Notes under the pieces: model-generated
What the model saw: the letters and a program-made list of their open reading frames with translations, nothing else
The model's database searches: none
What the model was told of the DNA's origin: nothing
Assembly: GCA_040905425.1 (NCBI GenBank)
Contig: JBBDRO010000100.1
Location: 66,953-130,952 of the forward strand
Origin: Gemmatimonadota bacterium
GTDB taxonomy: Bacteria > Gemmatimonadota > Gemmatimonadetes > Longimicrobiales > RSA9
Direction of reading: 5' to 3'
Length of the DNA stretch: 64,000 bases
Made by a program: the position numbers and the translations under genes
Shown: piece by piece, positions 8,562-18,819 of the stretch
How positions within the stretch are numbered: the first letter of the stretch is position 1
How the letters are laid out: each line of letters begins with the position of its first letter

Positions 8562-9479
8562 CTACGGCGCCAACACGCCCCGCACGAAATCAGCGGGGCG
8601 GAAGGGTTCCAGATCCGCCGCGGCCTCGCCCGTACCGACCAGTTTGACGGGCACGTCCAGCTCCGTCTCCAGCGCTACCACGATGCCGCCCCGGGCCGTG
8701 CTGTCCAGCTTGGCCAGGGCAAAACCGGAGACCTCCAGTGCCCCGGCAAAGGTACGGGCCTGCGCCACGGCGTTCTGCCCCACGGTGGCGTCCAGCACGA
8801 GCAGCGTCTCGTGCGGCGCGCCCGGCAGGCGGCGCGCCAGCACCCGCTCGACCTTGGTCAGTTCGCTCATCAGGTCACGCTGCGTGTGCAGGCGCCCGGC
8901 CGTGTCCACCAGCACCACGTCGTGGCCCCGCGCCTCGGCCGCGTCCACCGCGTCGAAGGCCACCGCGGCCGGGTCGGCGCCCGGGCGGGCGCCCACGAAG
9001 CCCGCGTCCACCCGTTCGGCCCATACCCGCAGCTGGTCCACGGCGCCAGCCCGGAAGGTGTCGGCGGCCGCCAGCAGCGGCCGCTGCCCCGCCGCGTGCA
9101 GCCGGTGCGCGAGCTTGGCCAGCGTGGTGGTCTTGCCCACGCCGTTGACGCCCACGAACAGGTAGACCGTGGGTCCCGCCGCCGCCGTGGCGAGCGTACG
9201 GTCCCGTCCCTCGAGGAGGGCCAGGAGCTCGCCCTCCAGGGCATCCCGGAAGTCCTGCTCGGTGCGGACCTTTCCGCCCCGGGAAACGCTCTCCATCCGA
9301 TCCACGAGCCGCAGCGTGGCCGCCACGCCGAAATCCGCCTCCAGCAGGAGTTCCTCGATGGCCTCGAGCGAGCCCTCGTCCAGGCCGCGGACCAGCACCC
9401 CCACGTCCGTGAGGGCCACATCCCGGATGCGGCCCCAGAGCGAGCGCCCTTCTTCTGCGCGGCGCGCCAGTCGACTCAT
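8562..9479 (-). CDS. ftsY: Signal recognition particle receptor FtsY
   Basis: SRP GTPase motifs GVNGVGKTTT, DTAGRL and LAKLD, with an NG domain layout. Confidence 0.95.
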   Translation of the reverse strand: MSRLARRAEEGRSLWGRIRDVALTDVGVLVRGLDEGSLEAIEELLLEADFGVAATLRLVDRMESVSRGGKVRTEQDFRDALEGELLALLEGRDRTLATAAAGPTVYLFVGVNGVGKTTTLAKLAHRLHAAGQRPLLAAADTFRAGAVDQLRVWAERVDAGFVGARPGADPAAVAFDAVDAAEARGHDVVLVDTAGRLHTQRDLMSELTKVERVLARRLPGAPHETLLVLDATVGQNAVAQARTFAGALEVSGFALAKLDSTARGGIVVALETELDVPVKLVGTGEAAADLEPFRPADFVRGVLAP

Positions 9480-9503
9480 GGTTTCCTTGCTTCGTGAGGC
9501 ATG

Positions 9504-11471
9504 TCAGCGGAGCCCCCAACGGCGGCGCAGCGTCCACTCCGTGGCCAGGAGGAGGAGCAGCGCCAGCCAGGGCCAGGGCGAGGAGCGCAGCGGCGCGCCC
9601 CGTCCCGTGCGAGCGGCACCGTTGGCCAGCGCGGCACCCGCCGGCGCCAGCCCCTCGAGCGGTACCGCCGGACGTACCCACTCGGCGGCGAAGGGTTCGA
9701 CGGTGAGCGGGCCCGTGTACTGCTGATCCCCGAGCGCCGCCCGGTAGGCGTAATGCCCCGGCATCAGCGGAGGCGTGACGGCCGTGCCGTCGCGTGCCAG
9801 CACGAGCGTGGTGTCCATCACCGTCCCGCCTGCGCTGTCCGCCACCTGGACGCGCACCGTGTCTCCGGCAAAGCCCGGCGCACGCCATGCCATCTCCTCG
9901 CCGCGCGGCACGGCACGGCGCACCGGCTCCACCACGTCCCCGTCCACCACGGCCGGATCCCGGGCGAGCCAGCCGGCCAGCGCCGCCCACAGGCGAAGAT
10001 GGACGGTGCGCGCCTGACCACCCCGAAAGGCCCACCGCCAGTAATCCTCCCCCAGGGCCACGACCCAGCGCCGCCCAGCGCCCTCGCCGGCCAGCGCCAA
10101 CGGTGCGGAAGGGCCCCTGGTGCCCCGGCGGACCCGGAGCGGGGCCCAGGCACCCTCGGGCACCGCCGCGGGGCTCCTGAGGGCCGTCAGGGGCGGTACG
10201 CCGGCCGTTTCCAGGCCGGCCAGATGGGGGGCCACCGGTGAGGCGGGCACATCCGGGTCGAGGTACCAGTCCGCCTCCACGCGCGCGCCCACCACGACCG
10301 GCGTACCGGGGACGGCTCCCTCCGCGGCTGGAAATACCACCGCCCGGCGCGCCGCCGCGGCCGCGGCGCTCACCCAGGAGGGCGCATCCGACCCGGTGCC
10401 GTGGAAGACCGCCACGCGGGCTTCCGCGAGGGCGGCGCGCACCGCCGCTTCCGACACTGGCGCCCCGGCGTCCCCGCCCGCGCCACCGCGCACCCAACGC
10501 CCCTCGGCAACGCGCAGGTAGGCCGCCACCGGCACCCCGAGGGCGCCGGCCAGCGCGGGTTGCAGGAAGCGGGGCTCCTGGTCGGGCAGCAGGGACACGA
10601 TCACCACGCCCGCCGGCCGCGGTCCTACCCGTACGTACGCCGACCTGCTCCAGGGGGATGGGCCGGTGGCGTCCTGAAGCGCCGCGTCCAGCCGCACCAG
10701 ACCGCCGCCGCCCGGCGCCGGCGGGGTGACGCGCAGCGTGCCGGTGGCCACCCGCCCCGGCACGGGCGTCGCCACCGCGGCCCGACCCAGCTCCCGGCCC
10801 CCGGCGCGCAGCACCACGGTGAGCGAATCCGCCCGGGGCTCACCCGCCGGCGCACGCACCCCGAAGCGCACGTCCACCGGCTCACCCGCCTCCGCCCAGG
10901 CGGGCGCGTCCAGCTCGGCCAACATGGGCGGGCGCCCGCCGCCGGCCACGTCCCGGACCTCCAGCTCCAGCCCCAGGCGCGGCAGCCAGCGCGCCACCTC
11001 CGCGGCATCCTCCACGCCCCGGTCGGTGACCACCAGTACCCGCCGGGCGCCCAGTTCCGCGGCGGCCTTGAGCGCCGGCAACAGCCGGGTGACCGGAGCG
11101 GCCGGGGTGAGCGCCTCCAGCGAGTCGGCTGGCACCGGCCGCACCGCCGCGCCGAAGACCAGCACCGGCGCTCCATCGGCCCGGTCCCGCGCGGCCGCCA
11201 CGCCCCGCTCCCAGGCGGTGGCGCCATCCGTGGCCGCCGACATGCTGAGCGAGCCGTCGAGAAGAACCGCCTGCCGCGCATCCGCCCCGCCGCCGGCCGA
11301 TCGATGGGGATCCAGGAGGAGGAGCGCCACGAGCGTGAGCGCTAGCGCTCGCAGCGCCGCCAGCAAGGGACGGCCGCGGCCGGGCGCCTCACGGTTCCGG
11401 TACAGGTACAGCGCACCCGCGGCAAAGGAGGCCGCGGCCAGTACCAGGAGGATCCAGTCGGTTGCGCTCAT
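9504..11471 (-). CDS. Membrane protein with an N-terminal double-TM segment and a VWA/MIDAS-like DGSLS motif (BatA-like family)
   Basis: Contains MSATDWILLVLAAASFAAGALYLY...LLAALRALALTLVALLLLDP, then VLLDGSLSMS, and a C-terminal TM (PWPWLALLLLLATEW). The family call is by pattern only. Confidence 0.5.
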   Translation of the reverse strand: MSATDWILLVLAAASFAAGALYLYRNREAPGRGRPLLAALRALALTLVALLLLDPHRSAGGGADARQAVLLDGSLSMSAATDGATAWERGVAAARDRADGAPVLVFGAAVRPVPADSLEALTPAAPVTRLLPALKAAAELGARRVLVVTDRGVEDAAEVARWLPRLGLELEVRDVAGGGRPPMLAELDAPAWAEAGEPVDVRFGVRAPAGEPRADSLTVVLRAGGRELGRAAVATPVPGRVATGTLRVTPPAPGGGGLVRLDAALQDATGPSPWSRSAYVRVGPRPAGVVIVSLLPDQEPRFLQPALAGALGVPVAAYLRVAEGRWVRGGAGGDAGAPVSEAAVRAALAEARVAVFHGTGSDAPSWVSAAAAAARRAVVFPAAEGAVPGTPVVVGARVEADWYLDPDVPASPVAPHLAGLETAGVPPLTALRSPAAVPEGAWAPLRVRRGTRGPSAPLALAGEGAGRRWVVALGEDYWRWAFRGGQARTVHLRLWAALAGWLARDPAVVDGDVVEPVRRAVPRGEEMAWRAPGFAGDTVRVQVADSAGGTVMDTTLVLARDGTAVTPPLMPGHYAYRAALGDQQYTGPLTVEPFAAEWVRPAVPLEGLAPAGAALANGAARTGRGAPLRSSPWPWLALLLLLATEWTLRRRWGLR

Positions 11472-11614
11472 CTCTCAACGATCGGGGGCGCGCGCGGGCG
11501 GCGCCATGGCAAACGCGGCCGGCAAGCGCAAAAGCAGGAGCCCGCCGGCTGCCGCCCGCGGGCTCTCCTGCGCAGATCGCGCCACCGCGCCCTCGGCGCG
11601 CCGCCCGGCCCGCC

Positions 11615-12904
11615 TCAGGATCCGGCGGCGGCCGCGGGTGCGGGCGTGTCAGCCTTCCGCTCGGCCGACCAGCCGACCCCCAGCAGTTGCCATCGTGCCG
11701 CCGCCACGCTGTCGAACGCCGCGCGCGCGGCACCCGCGATGGCCGGCGCGTCCGGCAGCTTCACCTTGCGGGCGTCGATGGCCACGCCGTTTTCACGCAA
11801 TTCGTAATGCAGGTGCGCGCCGGTAACCAGGCCGGTGGCGCCCACCCGGCCCACCACGTCGCCGAGCTTGACCTTGTCCCCGCGCCTGACCTGGATGCGC
11901 GACAGGTGGGCGTAGCGGGTCTCGTAACCGCTGAAATGGCGAACCCGCACCAGGTTGCCGTAGCCGCCGTCGGCGCCAGCGAAGCTGACCGTGCCGTTGG
12001 CGGTTGCCTTTACGGGCGTCCCCGCCGGAGCGCCGTAATCCGTGCCCTGGTGGGCCCGGTAGATCCCCAGCACCGGATGGTAGCGGCGCGGATTGAAGCC
12101 GGACGTCACGCCGTAGTCCACCGGGTAGCGACTGAAGCCCTGCTGAATGGACCTGCCCTCGTGCGTGTAGTAGCCGGCCACGTTCGCATCCCGCGGCGAT
12201 TCGTACCAGATGGCCGGGTAGGACTGGCCGCCGCTCGTCATCTCGGCGGCCAGGATCATGGTGCCGCGCGCCGTGCCGTCGGGGCGCGCCTCGCGCTCGT
12301 AGACAAAGCGGAAGCCGTCTCCGGGCTGGATCTCGCGATTAAAGTCGAGCTGGAACTGGTAGACGTCCGCCAGGCCCCGGGCCAGCACGTAGCGGTCGGA
12401 GACGGGCGCGGTGGACTCCAGGACGAGGGCGTCCCAGAGCGACGTGGTGATGCTGCCCTCCACCACGACGGTATCCACCCTGGTGGGAGTGAGCAGGAGC
12501 TGGCTCTGCCAGCCGAAGTCGGAACGCGCCAGGCGCACGGTGCTGTCCGCGTTCACCCGCACGTCCACCAGGCGCGGCTCCGCCGTGTTCTGCCAGCGCC
12601 GCACCGTGACCTCCGCCCCCGGCTTCAGCCTGCGTGGACTGTGCTGCTGGCGGAGCGCCAGCAGCAGATCGGCCAGTTCGTTGCCCGTGATGGCCGCCCT
12701 GGAGAGCACGGCACCGAGCGTCTGGCCCGGCTCCAGGACGTGCGTCTCCACGTCCTCCACCGGCCGGGCGTAGACGGCGTCCAGGATGGGCGTGTCCACC
12801 GTGGGCGCCGGCATGTCGGCGGGGCGTTCCAGAATGGTGACGCCGCCGAGCCCTACCAGCGTGGCCACGGCCAGCACGGCCGCCTTGTATGGGTTCCCCT
12901 TCAA
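11615..12904 (-). CDS. M23 family murein endopeptidase (MepM/EnvC-like), directly downstream of ftsZ
   Basis: N-terminal TM segment and an M23 catalytic block HQGTDYGAPAGTPV...GYGNLVRVRH...GATGLVTGAHLHYEL. There is a 28-nt gap after ftsZ. Confidence 0.85.
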   Translation of the reverse strand: MKGNPYKAAVLAVATLVGLGGVTILERPADMPAPTVDTPILDAVYARPVEDVETHVLEPGQTLGAVLSRAAITGNELADLLLALRQQHSPRRLKPGAEVTVRRWQNTAEPRLVDVRVNADSTVRLARSDFGWQSQLLLTPTRVDTVVVEGSITTSLWDALVLESTAPVSDRYVLARGLADVYQFQLDFNREIQPGDGFRFVYEREARPDGTARGTMILAAEMTSGGQSYPAIWYESPRDANVAGYYTHEGRSIQQGFSRYPVDYGVTSGFNPRRYHPVLGIYRAHQGTDYGAPAGTPVKATANGTVSFAGADGGYGNLVRVRHFSGYETRYAHLSRIQVRRGDKVKLGDVVGRVGATGLVTGAHLHYELRENGVAIDARKVKLPDAPAIAGAARAAFDSVAAARWQLLGVGWSAERKADTPAPAAAAGS

Positions 12905-12932
12905 ACCTGTTGTCCCCGTCTTCGGGTGTCGA

Positions 12933-14144
12933 TCAATCCATCTGCCGGCGGATGAACGTCGGAATGTCCAGGTCCGTGAGCTGCTGCCGCCCCAGCGGCA
13001 CCGCCGAGGGCCGCGCGAAGGGCATGGCCTCCTCGTAGGCGCCCGCGCTCATGGCGGGGCCAGCGGAGCCTCCCCCCACCGCCGCGCGCCGCGGCTGCTC
13101 AGCCCCCGCCGCGGCCATGGCCGGCGCCCTGGTGCGCCGTCCGAAATCGGGGCGGACCAGGTTGTCCCTCGGCTGTTCCTCTTCCTTTTCCAGCCCGGTG
13201 GCAATGACGGTGCAGCGCACCTTCCCTTCGAGGGAAGGATCGTGGACGGCGCCGAAGATGATCTCACTCTCGTCACCGGCCGCCTCCTGGATAATGGAGG
13301 CTATAGTGGTGACTTCGTCAATGGTCAGGTCCATGCCACCGGTGATGTTGATGAGCACGCCGGCGGCGCCCTCGATGGTCACATTGTCCAGCAGCGGGCT
13401 CGAAATGGCCTCCTGGGCGGCCTCCACGGCGCGGTTCTCACCCGTGCCGAAGCCGCTGCCCATGAGCGCCGGTCCGCGGCTCTGCATGACCGTGCGTACG
13501 TCCGCGAAGTCCACGTTCACGTCACCGGTCACGTGGATCAGGTCACTGATCCCCTGGGTGGCGTGCAGCAGCACCTCGTCCGCCTTCTTCAGGGCGTCAC
13601 GGAAGGAGGTACCCTTCCCCACCACCGAGAGGAGCCGTTCGTTGGGCACCACGATGACCGTGTCCGCGCAGCGCTTCAGTTCCGCCAGGCCCATATCGGC
13701 CTGCCGCATGCGCTTCTTGCCCTCGAAGAGGAACGGGCGCGTCACGATACCGATGGTGAGCGCCCCCATCTCGCGGGCGATCTCCGCGATGACGGGCGCG
13801 GCGCCGGTACCGGTGCCGCCCCCCATACCCGCGGTGATGAAGACAAGGTCCGCGCCGGCCAGGTACTCGGCCATCTCCTCGCGGCTCTCCTCGATGGCCT
13901 GGCGGCCGATTTCCGGACGCGCCCCCGCGCCCAGGCCGCGCGTCAGCTTCTTGCCGATCTGCACCTTGATGGGCGCCTTGTTGAGCTTGAGCGACTGGGA
14001 ATCCGTGTTGACGCTCAGGAACTCCACGCCTTCGAGGTCCTCGTCGATCATGCGGTTGATGGCGTTGCCGCCGCCGCCGCCCACGCCGATGACCTTCATC
14101 TTGGCGTTCTGTACGGCACCCTCTTCGAATTCGAAGATCATCAT
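12933..14144 (-). CDS. ftsZ: Cell division GTPase FtsZ
   Basis: Tubulin signature [13 protein letters not shown], plus [15 protein letters not shown] and NTDSQSL. Confidence 0.98.
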   Translation of the reverse strand: MMIFEFEEGAVQNAKMKVIGVGGGGGNAINRMIDEDLEGVEFLSVNTDSQSLKLNKAPIKVQIGKKLTRGLGAGARPEIGRQAIEESREEMAEYLAGADLVFITAGMGGGTGTGAAPVIAEIAREMGALTIGIVTRPFLFEGKKRMRQADMGLAELKRCADTVIVVPNERLLSVVGKGTSFRDALKKADEVLLHATQGISDLIHVTGDVNVDFADVRTVMQSRGPALMGSGFGTGENRAVEAAQEAISSPLLDNVTIEGAAGVLINITGGMDLTIDEVTTIASIIQEAAGDESEIIFGAVHDPSLEGKVRCTVIATGLEKEEEQPRDNLVRPDFGRRTRAPAMAAAGAEQPRRAAVGGGSAGPAMSAGAYEEAMPFARPSAVPLGRQQLTDLDIPTFIRRQMD

Positions 14145-14278
14145 GGTCAGGACCTCCTGCAGGTGATCGCCGGCCGCGCCCTCGCGGCGGCGGTCGTGAA
14201 AATGTCGGTTCGGATCTATGTGCAGCCGGCCGCGCCGCGCGCGCTCGTAGCGCGCCGGAGCGTGCCGGACGTCGTCGC

Positions 14279-15526
14279 TTAAAAGAACTCCTTCAACCAG
14301 TCCATCACGCGTCCCATGGCGCCCGTACCCAGGCGCGAACCGGCGGCGTAGCCCACCGCCTCCGCGCCCATCAGGGTGAGCCCCGTGGCGGTGGCGAACT
14401 GCGGGCGGCGCACCGAGTCCGCCAGCCCGCCCAACCCCTCCGCGGGAATGCCTACGCGCACCGGCATACCGAAGACGTGCTGGGCCACCTCCACGGCCCC
14501 CGCCAGGCCGGCACCGCCCCCCGTGAGCACGGCCCCGGCACCCAGCTTGCCCTCCTCGCCGGCGTTCTCCAGCTCCCGCGCCACCAGCCCCAGGATCTCG
14601 TCCAGACGCTGCTCGATGATGTGCGCGATGAGCTCGCGGGCCACGGTACGCGTGGTCCCGGGGCCGGGCCCAGGCAGCTCCACCGTCTCGCGCGGGTCCA
14701 CCAGCTGGGCGAACGCCACGCCGTGCTTCTCCTTGGCCTTCTCCGCCTCCGCGTAGGTGATCGACAGGCCCTTGGCCAGGTCATTGGTCACAGTGCCGCC
14801 GCCCCAGGGGATGGAGGCCAGGTGGCGCATCTTGCCGTCCCGGAAGACGGCCAGCTCCGTGGTGGCCCCGCCCAGGTCCACCAGCGCCACACCCACGTCC
14901 TTCTCGTCCGCACTCACCACCGCATGGGAGGTGGCCAGCGGCTCGTGGATGGTGGCCGCGATGCGGTAGCCCGCGCGGCTCACCGCCTTGCGCAGGTTCT
15001 GCGAGGCTGCAATGGAGGAGGTGATGATGTAGACCTCCGCCTCCAGGCGCGTGCCGGCCATCCCCACGGGGTCGTGGATGCCCTTCTGGTGGTCCACCAC
15101 GTACTCCTGCGGGAGCACGTGCAGCACCTCGCGGTCGGCGGGCACCACCACGGCGCGCGCCACCTCGTGCACGCGCTTGACGTCGGCGGCGGCAATCTCC
15201 TCCCCGCCGACCGCCACCACGCCGGTGGACGTGCGGGCGTGGATGTACTCCCCCGCCACACCGGTGAAGACGTCCTGCACCTGCACGCCGGCCATGAGCT
15301 CCGCCTCCTTCATGGCGGCGCGCACGGAGGCGGTAGTGCCCTCGATGTCGGTCACCACCTCGCGGCGCATGCCGCCGGTGCGGCTCTGCCCCACGCCCAG
15401 GATCTTGATGGCGGGGCCCGCACGGGTGCCCGCCAGCACCTCGGCGATCACGGCGCAGGTCTTGGTACTGCCGATGTCGAGTCCGGCTACCACGTTGGGT
15501 CGCATGTCAGCCTGCTGTTTCGTCAC
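14279..15526 (-). CDS. ftsA: Cell division protein FtsA
   Basis: Actin-fold motifs [18 protein letters not shown] and [11 protein letters not shown], with a C-terminal amphipathic MDWLKEFF. Confidence 0.97.
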   Translation of the reverse strand: MTKQQADMRPNVVAGLDIGSTKTCAVIAEVLAGTRAGPAIKILGVGQSRTGGMRREVVTDIEGTTASVRAAMKEAELMAGVQVQDVFTGVAGEYIHARTSTGVVAVGGEEIAAADVKRVHEVARAVVVPADREVLHVLPQEYVVDHQKGIHDPVGMAGTRLEAEVYIITSSIAASQNLRKAVSRAGYRIAATIHEPLATSHAVVSADEKDVGVALVDLGGATTELAVFRDGKMRHLASIPWGGGTVTNDLAKGLSITYAEAEKAKEKHGVAFAQLVDPRETVELPGPGPGTTRTVARELIAHIIEQRLDEILGLVARELENAGEEGKLGAGAVLTGGGAGLAGAVEVAQHVFGMPVRVGIPAEGLGGLADSVRRPQFATATGLTLMGAEAVGYAAGSRLGTGAMGRVMDWLKEFF

Positions 15527-16271
15527 GGACGGCGCCGCCGCCCTGGAGCTTCACGATCACCTGCTCGGGGCCACGCGCGTCCAGGCGCGTCAGCCGGCCC
15601 AGCTCGCCCCGCGCGGCCAGGTCCGCCAGCGTGAGCCGCACCTGCTGCAGCATGCGCGGCGAGGGGAGCGCGGGGAGCCACACCTCGGGCGCGCCGGCCG
15701 AGCGGAGCACCCAGCGCACGTCCATGCCCGCCGCCGGCGCCAGTTCGGAGATCCACCCCGCCAGCGCGGGATCCAGGCGCCGGACGAGCGCGGCGGCCTC
15801 CGCCAGGCGCCGCCCGGTCTCGTCCAGCCGGCCCGCGGCACCGGGCACGGCCACGGTGGACAGCACCGGCAGGTCCAGACCGGCCGCCGCGGGATCGATC
15901 GGCAGCAGCCGGCCCTGGGCGTCCACGGGCACCAGCTCAGGCGTGCGCGCCAGCGCCACCGGCTCGGTCTCGCGCAGCTCCAGGCGCACCGTCCCCGGCA
16001 GCCGGCGCTCGATACGCGCATCAGCCACCATGGGATGATCGAGCAGCGCCAGGCGCCACGGCTCGGCGCTGTCGAAGACGCTGGTCTCAGCGGTGATGCC
16101 GCTGGCGGCGATGGCGTCGGCAACGGGCAGCAGGCGCGTCCCGGTCACCTCCACGTGCGCCACGCGGAAGGCGTCGGCGCGCCGCAGCGCCAGCGGCGCG
16201 GCGGCCCCCGCGCCGGTCAGCAGGACGGCCGCGCCGCCCACCACCAGGATGCGCCCCAGGTGCGTGTTCAT
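15507..16271 (-). CDS. ftsQ: Cell division protein FtsQ (TM segment plus POTRA)
   Basis: Start taken at MNTHLGRILVVGGAAVLLTG, which makes an ATGA overlap with the murC stop. A POTRA-like FRVAHVEVTGTRLL block is present. Confidence 0.8.
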   Translation of the reverse strand: MNTHLGRILVVGGAAVLLTGAGAAAPLALRRADAFRVAHVEVTGTRLLPVADAIAASGITAETSVFDSAEPWRLALLDHPMVADARIERRLPGTVRLELRETEPVALARTPELVPVDAQGRLLPIDPAAAGLDLPVLSTVAVPGAAGRLDETGRRLAEAAALVRRLDPALAGWISELAPAAGMDVRWVLRSAGAPEVWLPALPSPRMLQQVRLTLADLAARGELGRLTRLDARGPEQVIVKLQGGGAVRDETAG

Positions 16272-17686
16272 ACGCCCGCTCCCGAACTGCTCAGGCGGGC
16301 CAGCAGGCGGCGCGACGCCTGATCGATGTTGCCGGCGCCCATGAGGATGCACACGTCCTCCGGCCGCAGTTCCGCGTAGAGCGCGTTCTCGAGCTGCGCC
16401 AGGGTGGGTGTGTAGCGTACGCGCTCGGCCCCGCCGGCCTCGGCCGCATGGGCCACCAGCGCACCGTCCACCCCCTCGATGGGGGCCTCGCGCGCCGGGA
16501 AGACGTCCGCCACGAAGACCGCGTCGGCGAGCGCCAGAGCGGCGCCGAAATCCTCGTGGTGATCACGGGTGCGGGTGTAGAGGTGGGGCTGGAACGCCGC
16601 CACCAGCCGCCGGTCCGGATAGGCCCCGCGGGCGGCGACGAGCGTGGCCCGCACTTCGGTGGGATGGTGCGCGTAGTCGTCCACCAGCGTCACGCCGGCC
16701 GCCGTACCGAGCTCCTGGAAGCGGCGTCCCACGCCCTGGAAGTGCGTCAGCGCCCGGCGCGCGGCGTCCAGGTCCGCACCGGCCCAGCGCGCCAGCGCCA
16801 GGGCGGCCACGGCGTTCAGGACGTTGTGGCGGCCGGGGCAGCCCAGCTCGAAGGCGCCCAGCTCCGCGCCGTCCTCGAGCAGCCGGAAGCGCGTGGTCCG
16901 GCCCGCCGGCTCGAGCTCCACCGCCCGCAGCGCCGCGTCCTCGCCCGTGCCATAAGCGACGACGGGTGCTTCCACGCCACCGGCCAGGAGGGCACGCACG
17001 CCGGCGTCATCCACGCACGCGGCCACCAGTCCGCTGCCGGGCACGTGGGACAGGAAGCTGCGGAAGCCGTCGTGCAGGACCTCCACGGAGCCGTAGATCT
17101 CCATGTGATCGGCCTCGAGTGACGTCACCGCCGCCGCGTTCGCTCGCAGCGTCAGGAAGGCGCGGTCGTATTCGTCGGCCTCCGCCACGTAGAGGCGGTC
17201 CCCGCCGGCGCGCAGGCCGCTCCCCCAGCCCGTCACCTTGCCCCCCACGAAGGCCGTGGGATCCAGGCCCGCCTCCACCAGGATGGCCGTGGTCATGGCC
17301 GTGGTGGTGGTCTTGCCGTGGGTGCCCGCCACCGCCAGCAGCGTGGCGCGATTCACCAGCGCCCCCAGCGCTTCCGCGCGGCGCAGCACCGGGATGCCCT
17401 GGGCGTGCGCGGCGGCGATCTCCGGGTGGTCCGCCGGCACGGCGGCGGTGCGCACCACGGCCGCCGCGCCCTGCACGTGCGCCGGATCGTGACCGCGCTG
17501 CATGGTGGCGCCCAGACTGGCCAGGTGCTCCGTGACCTCGCCCGGAGCGTTGTCACACCCGCTCACCGTGGCGCCGCCGCGCAGGAGCGCCTCCGCCAGC
17601 GCCGACATGCCGGCGCCGCCCACCCCCACGAAGTGGACGGGCCCGCGTGCCGCGAGCGCGAGCAGGTCCGGCAGTGACGCGCTCAC
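16268..17686 (-). CDS. murC: UDP-N-acetylmuramate--L-alanine ligase
   Basis: HFVGVGGAGMSALA and AVAGTHGKTTTTAM Mur ligase motifs; 472 aa. Confidence 0.95.
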   Translation of the reverse strand: MSASLPDLLALAARGPVHFVGVGGAGMSALAEALLRGGATVSGCDNAPGEVTEHLASLGATMQRGHDPAHVQGAAAVVRTAAVPADHPEIAAAHAQGIPVLRRAEALGALVNRATLLAVAGTHGKTTTTAMTTAILVEAGLDPTAFVGGKVTGWGSGLRAGGDRLYVAEADEYDRAFLTLRANAAAVTSLEADHMEIYGSVEVLHDGFRSFLSHVPGSGLVAACVDDAGVRALLAGGVEAPVVAYGTGEDAALRAVELEPAGRTTRFRLLEDGAELGAFELGCPGRHNVLNAVAALALARWAGADLDAARRALTHFQGVGRRFQELGTAAGVTLVDDYAHHPTEVRATLVAARGAYPDRRLVAAFQPHLYTRTRDHHEDFGAALALADAVFVADVFPAREAPIEGVDGALVAHAAEAGGAERVRYTPTLAQLENALYAELRPEDVCILMGAGNIDQASRRLLARLSSSGAGV

Positions 17687-18819
17687 GGGGCGTCCACCAG
17701 TTCGAGGAACCGACGGGCGATCTGGCGGGCGGCGTCGGGGCGGGCGCGCTGCCGTGCCGCCGCCGCCATCGAGGTGCGGCGCTCGGCGTCCCCGGCCAGG
17801 TCGGTGAGCGCCGACCAGAGTCGCTCGGCGGTGAGCTCCCGCTCGGTGAGCATCACCGCGGCGCCCGCCTCCTCCAGGGCACGGGCATTATGGGTCTGAT
17901 GGTCCGCCGCGGCCGTGGGCAACGGCACCAGGATCATGGGGATCCCCCACGCCTCCAACTCGGCCGTGCCCATGGCGCCCGCGCGGCTCACCGCCAGGTC
18001 GGCGGCCGCCAGCGCGCGCGGCATGTTTTCGATGTACCCGATGGGCCGGACCCATGGGGCATCGAGCGGCTCCAGCGCCTGCTGGACACCGTGGATGTGT
18101 GCGGGCCCCGTGGCCCACACCAGATAAAGCTCCCCGCGACGGAACGCGAGCCTCCCCCCGGAAACATCCCGAACCGCCTCGAGGAGCTTTTCGTTGATGG
18201 ACCTGGCACCCTGGCTGCCTCCTATCACGAGGACCACGGTGGCGTCCACCGGTATGTCGAAATCACGCCGGCATGCGGCCCGGTCCAGCGACCGGTCCGG
18301 GGGCGCGATGGGATTGCCGAGCGCCAGCACCTCCGTGCGCTCGCCCGGCGAGAGATGCTTCTCGGCCTCGGGGAAACCCAGGTGGACCTGACGCGCACGG
18401 CGCGACAGCATCCGGGTCGTGAACCCCGGCCATGAATTCTGTTCCTGCAACGCCAGCGGCACCCCGCGCAGTACGGCCCAGGCTCCGGCCGGACCGCTGG
18501 CGTAGCCGCCGGTCCCCACCACCAGTGAGGGGCAGAAATCCCGGAAGAGCGTGTTCAGACCCACGAGAGCACGACCCATGGCAAAGGGCAGTGTCACGTT
18601 GCGCCACACCCGGTCGCGATGGATGGGACGCAGGTCCAGGAGCGTGTGCGGCACCCCGCGCTGCGGCAGCACACGCGCCTCCACGCCCCGGCGCGCACCC
18701 ACGAAATGGCATGCCGTGCCAGGACGCTCGGCCGCCAGCGCGTCGGCCAGCGCCAGGGCGGGATAGAGATGGCCGCCCGTACCGCCACCGGCGAACAGGA
18801 CCCGCGGCGCCGCGCTCAC
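17683..18819 (-). CDS. murG: Undecaprenyldiphospho-muramoylpentapeptide beta-N-acetylglucosaminyltransferase
   Basis: GTG start at VSAAPRVLFAGGGTGGHLYPALALA, making a GTGA overlap with the ftsW stop. The upstream 97 aa of the track ORF lie inside ftsW. Confidence 0.93.
   Translation of the reverse strand: MSAAPRVLFAGGGTGGHLYPALALADALAAERPGTACHFVGARRGVEARVLPQRGVPHTLLDLRPIHRDRVWRNVTLPFAMGRALVGLNTLFRDFCPSLVVGTGGYASGPAGAWAVLRGVPLALQEQNSWPGFTTRMLSRRARQVHLGFPEAEKHLSPGERTEVLALGNPIAPPDRSLDRAACRRDFDIPVDATVVLVIGGSQGARSINEKLLEAVRDVSGGRLAFRRGELYLVWATGPAHIHGVQQALEPLDAPWVRPIGYIENMPRALAAADLAVSRAGAMGTAELEAWGIPMILVPLPTAAADHQTHNARALEEAGAAVMLTERELTAERLWSALTDLAGDAERRTSMAAAARQRARPDAARQIARRFLELVDAP

Noticed and set aside
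7362-9497. 711-aa plus-strand ORF antisense to recG/ftsY, together with similar long antisense ORFs (1663..3186+, 935..2170-, 8875..10497-, 49004..51253+, 58900..60537+, 16408..17535+)
   Set aside because: Their composition is Arg/Pro/Gly/His-rich with no motifs, and each is opposite a gene with unambiguous family signatures. This is typical stop-codon depletion in very GC-rich DNA.
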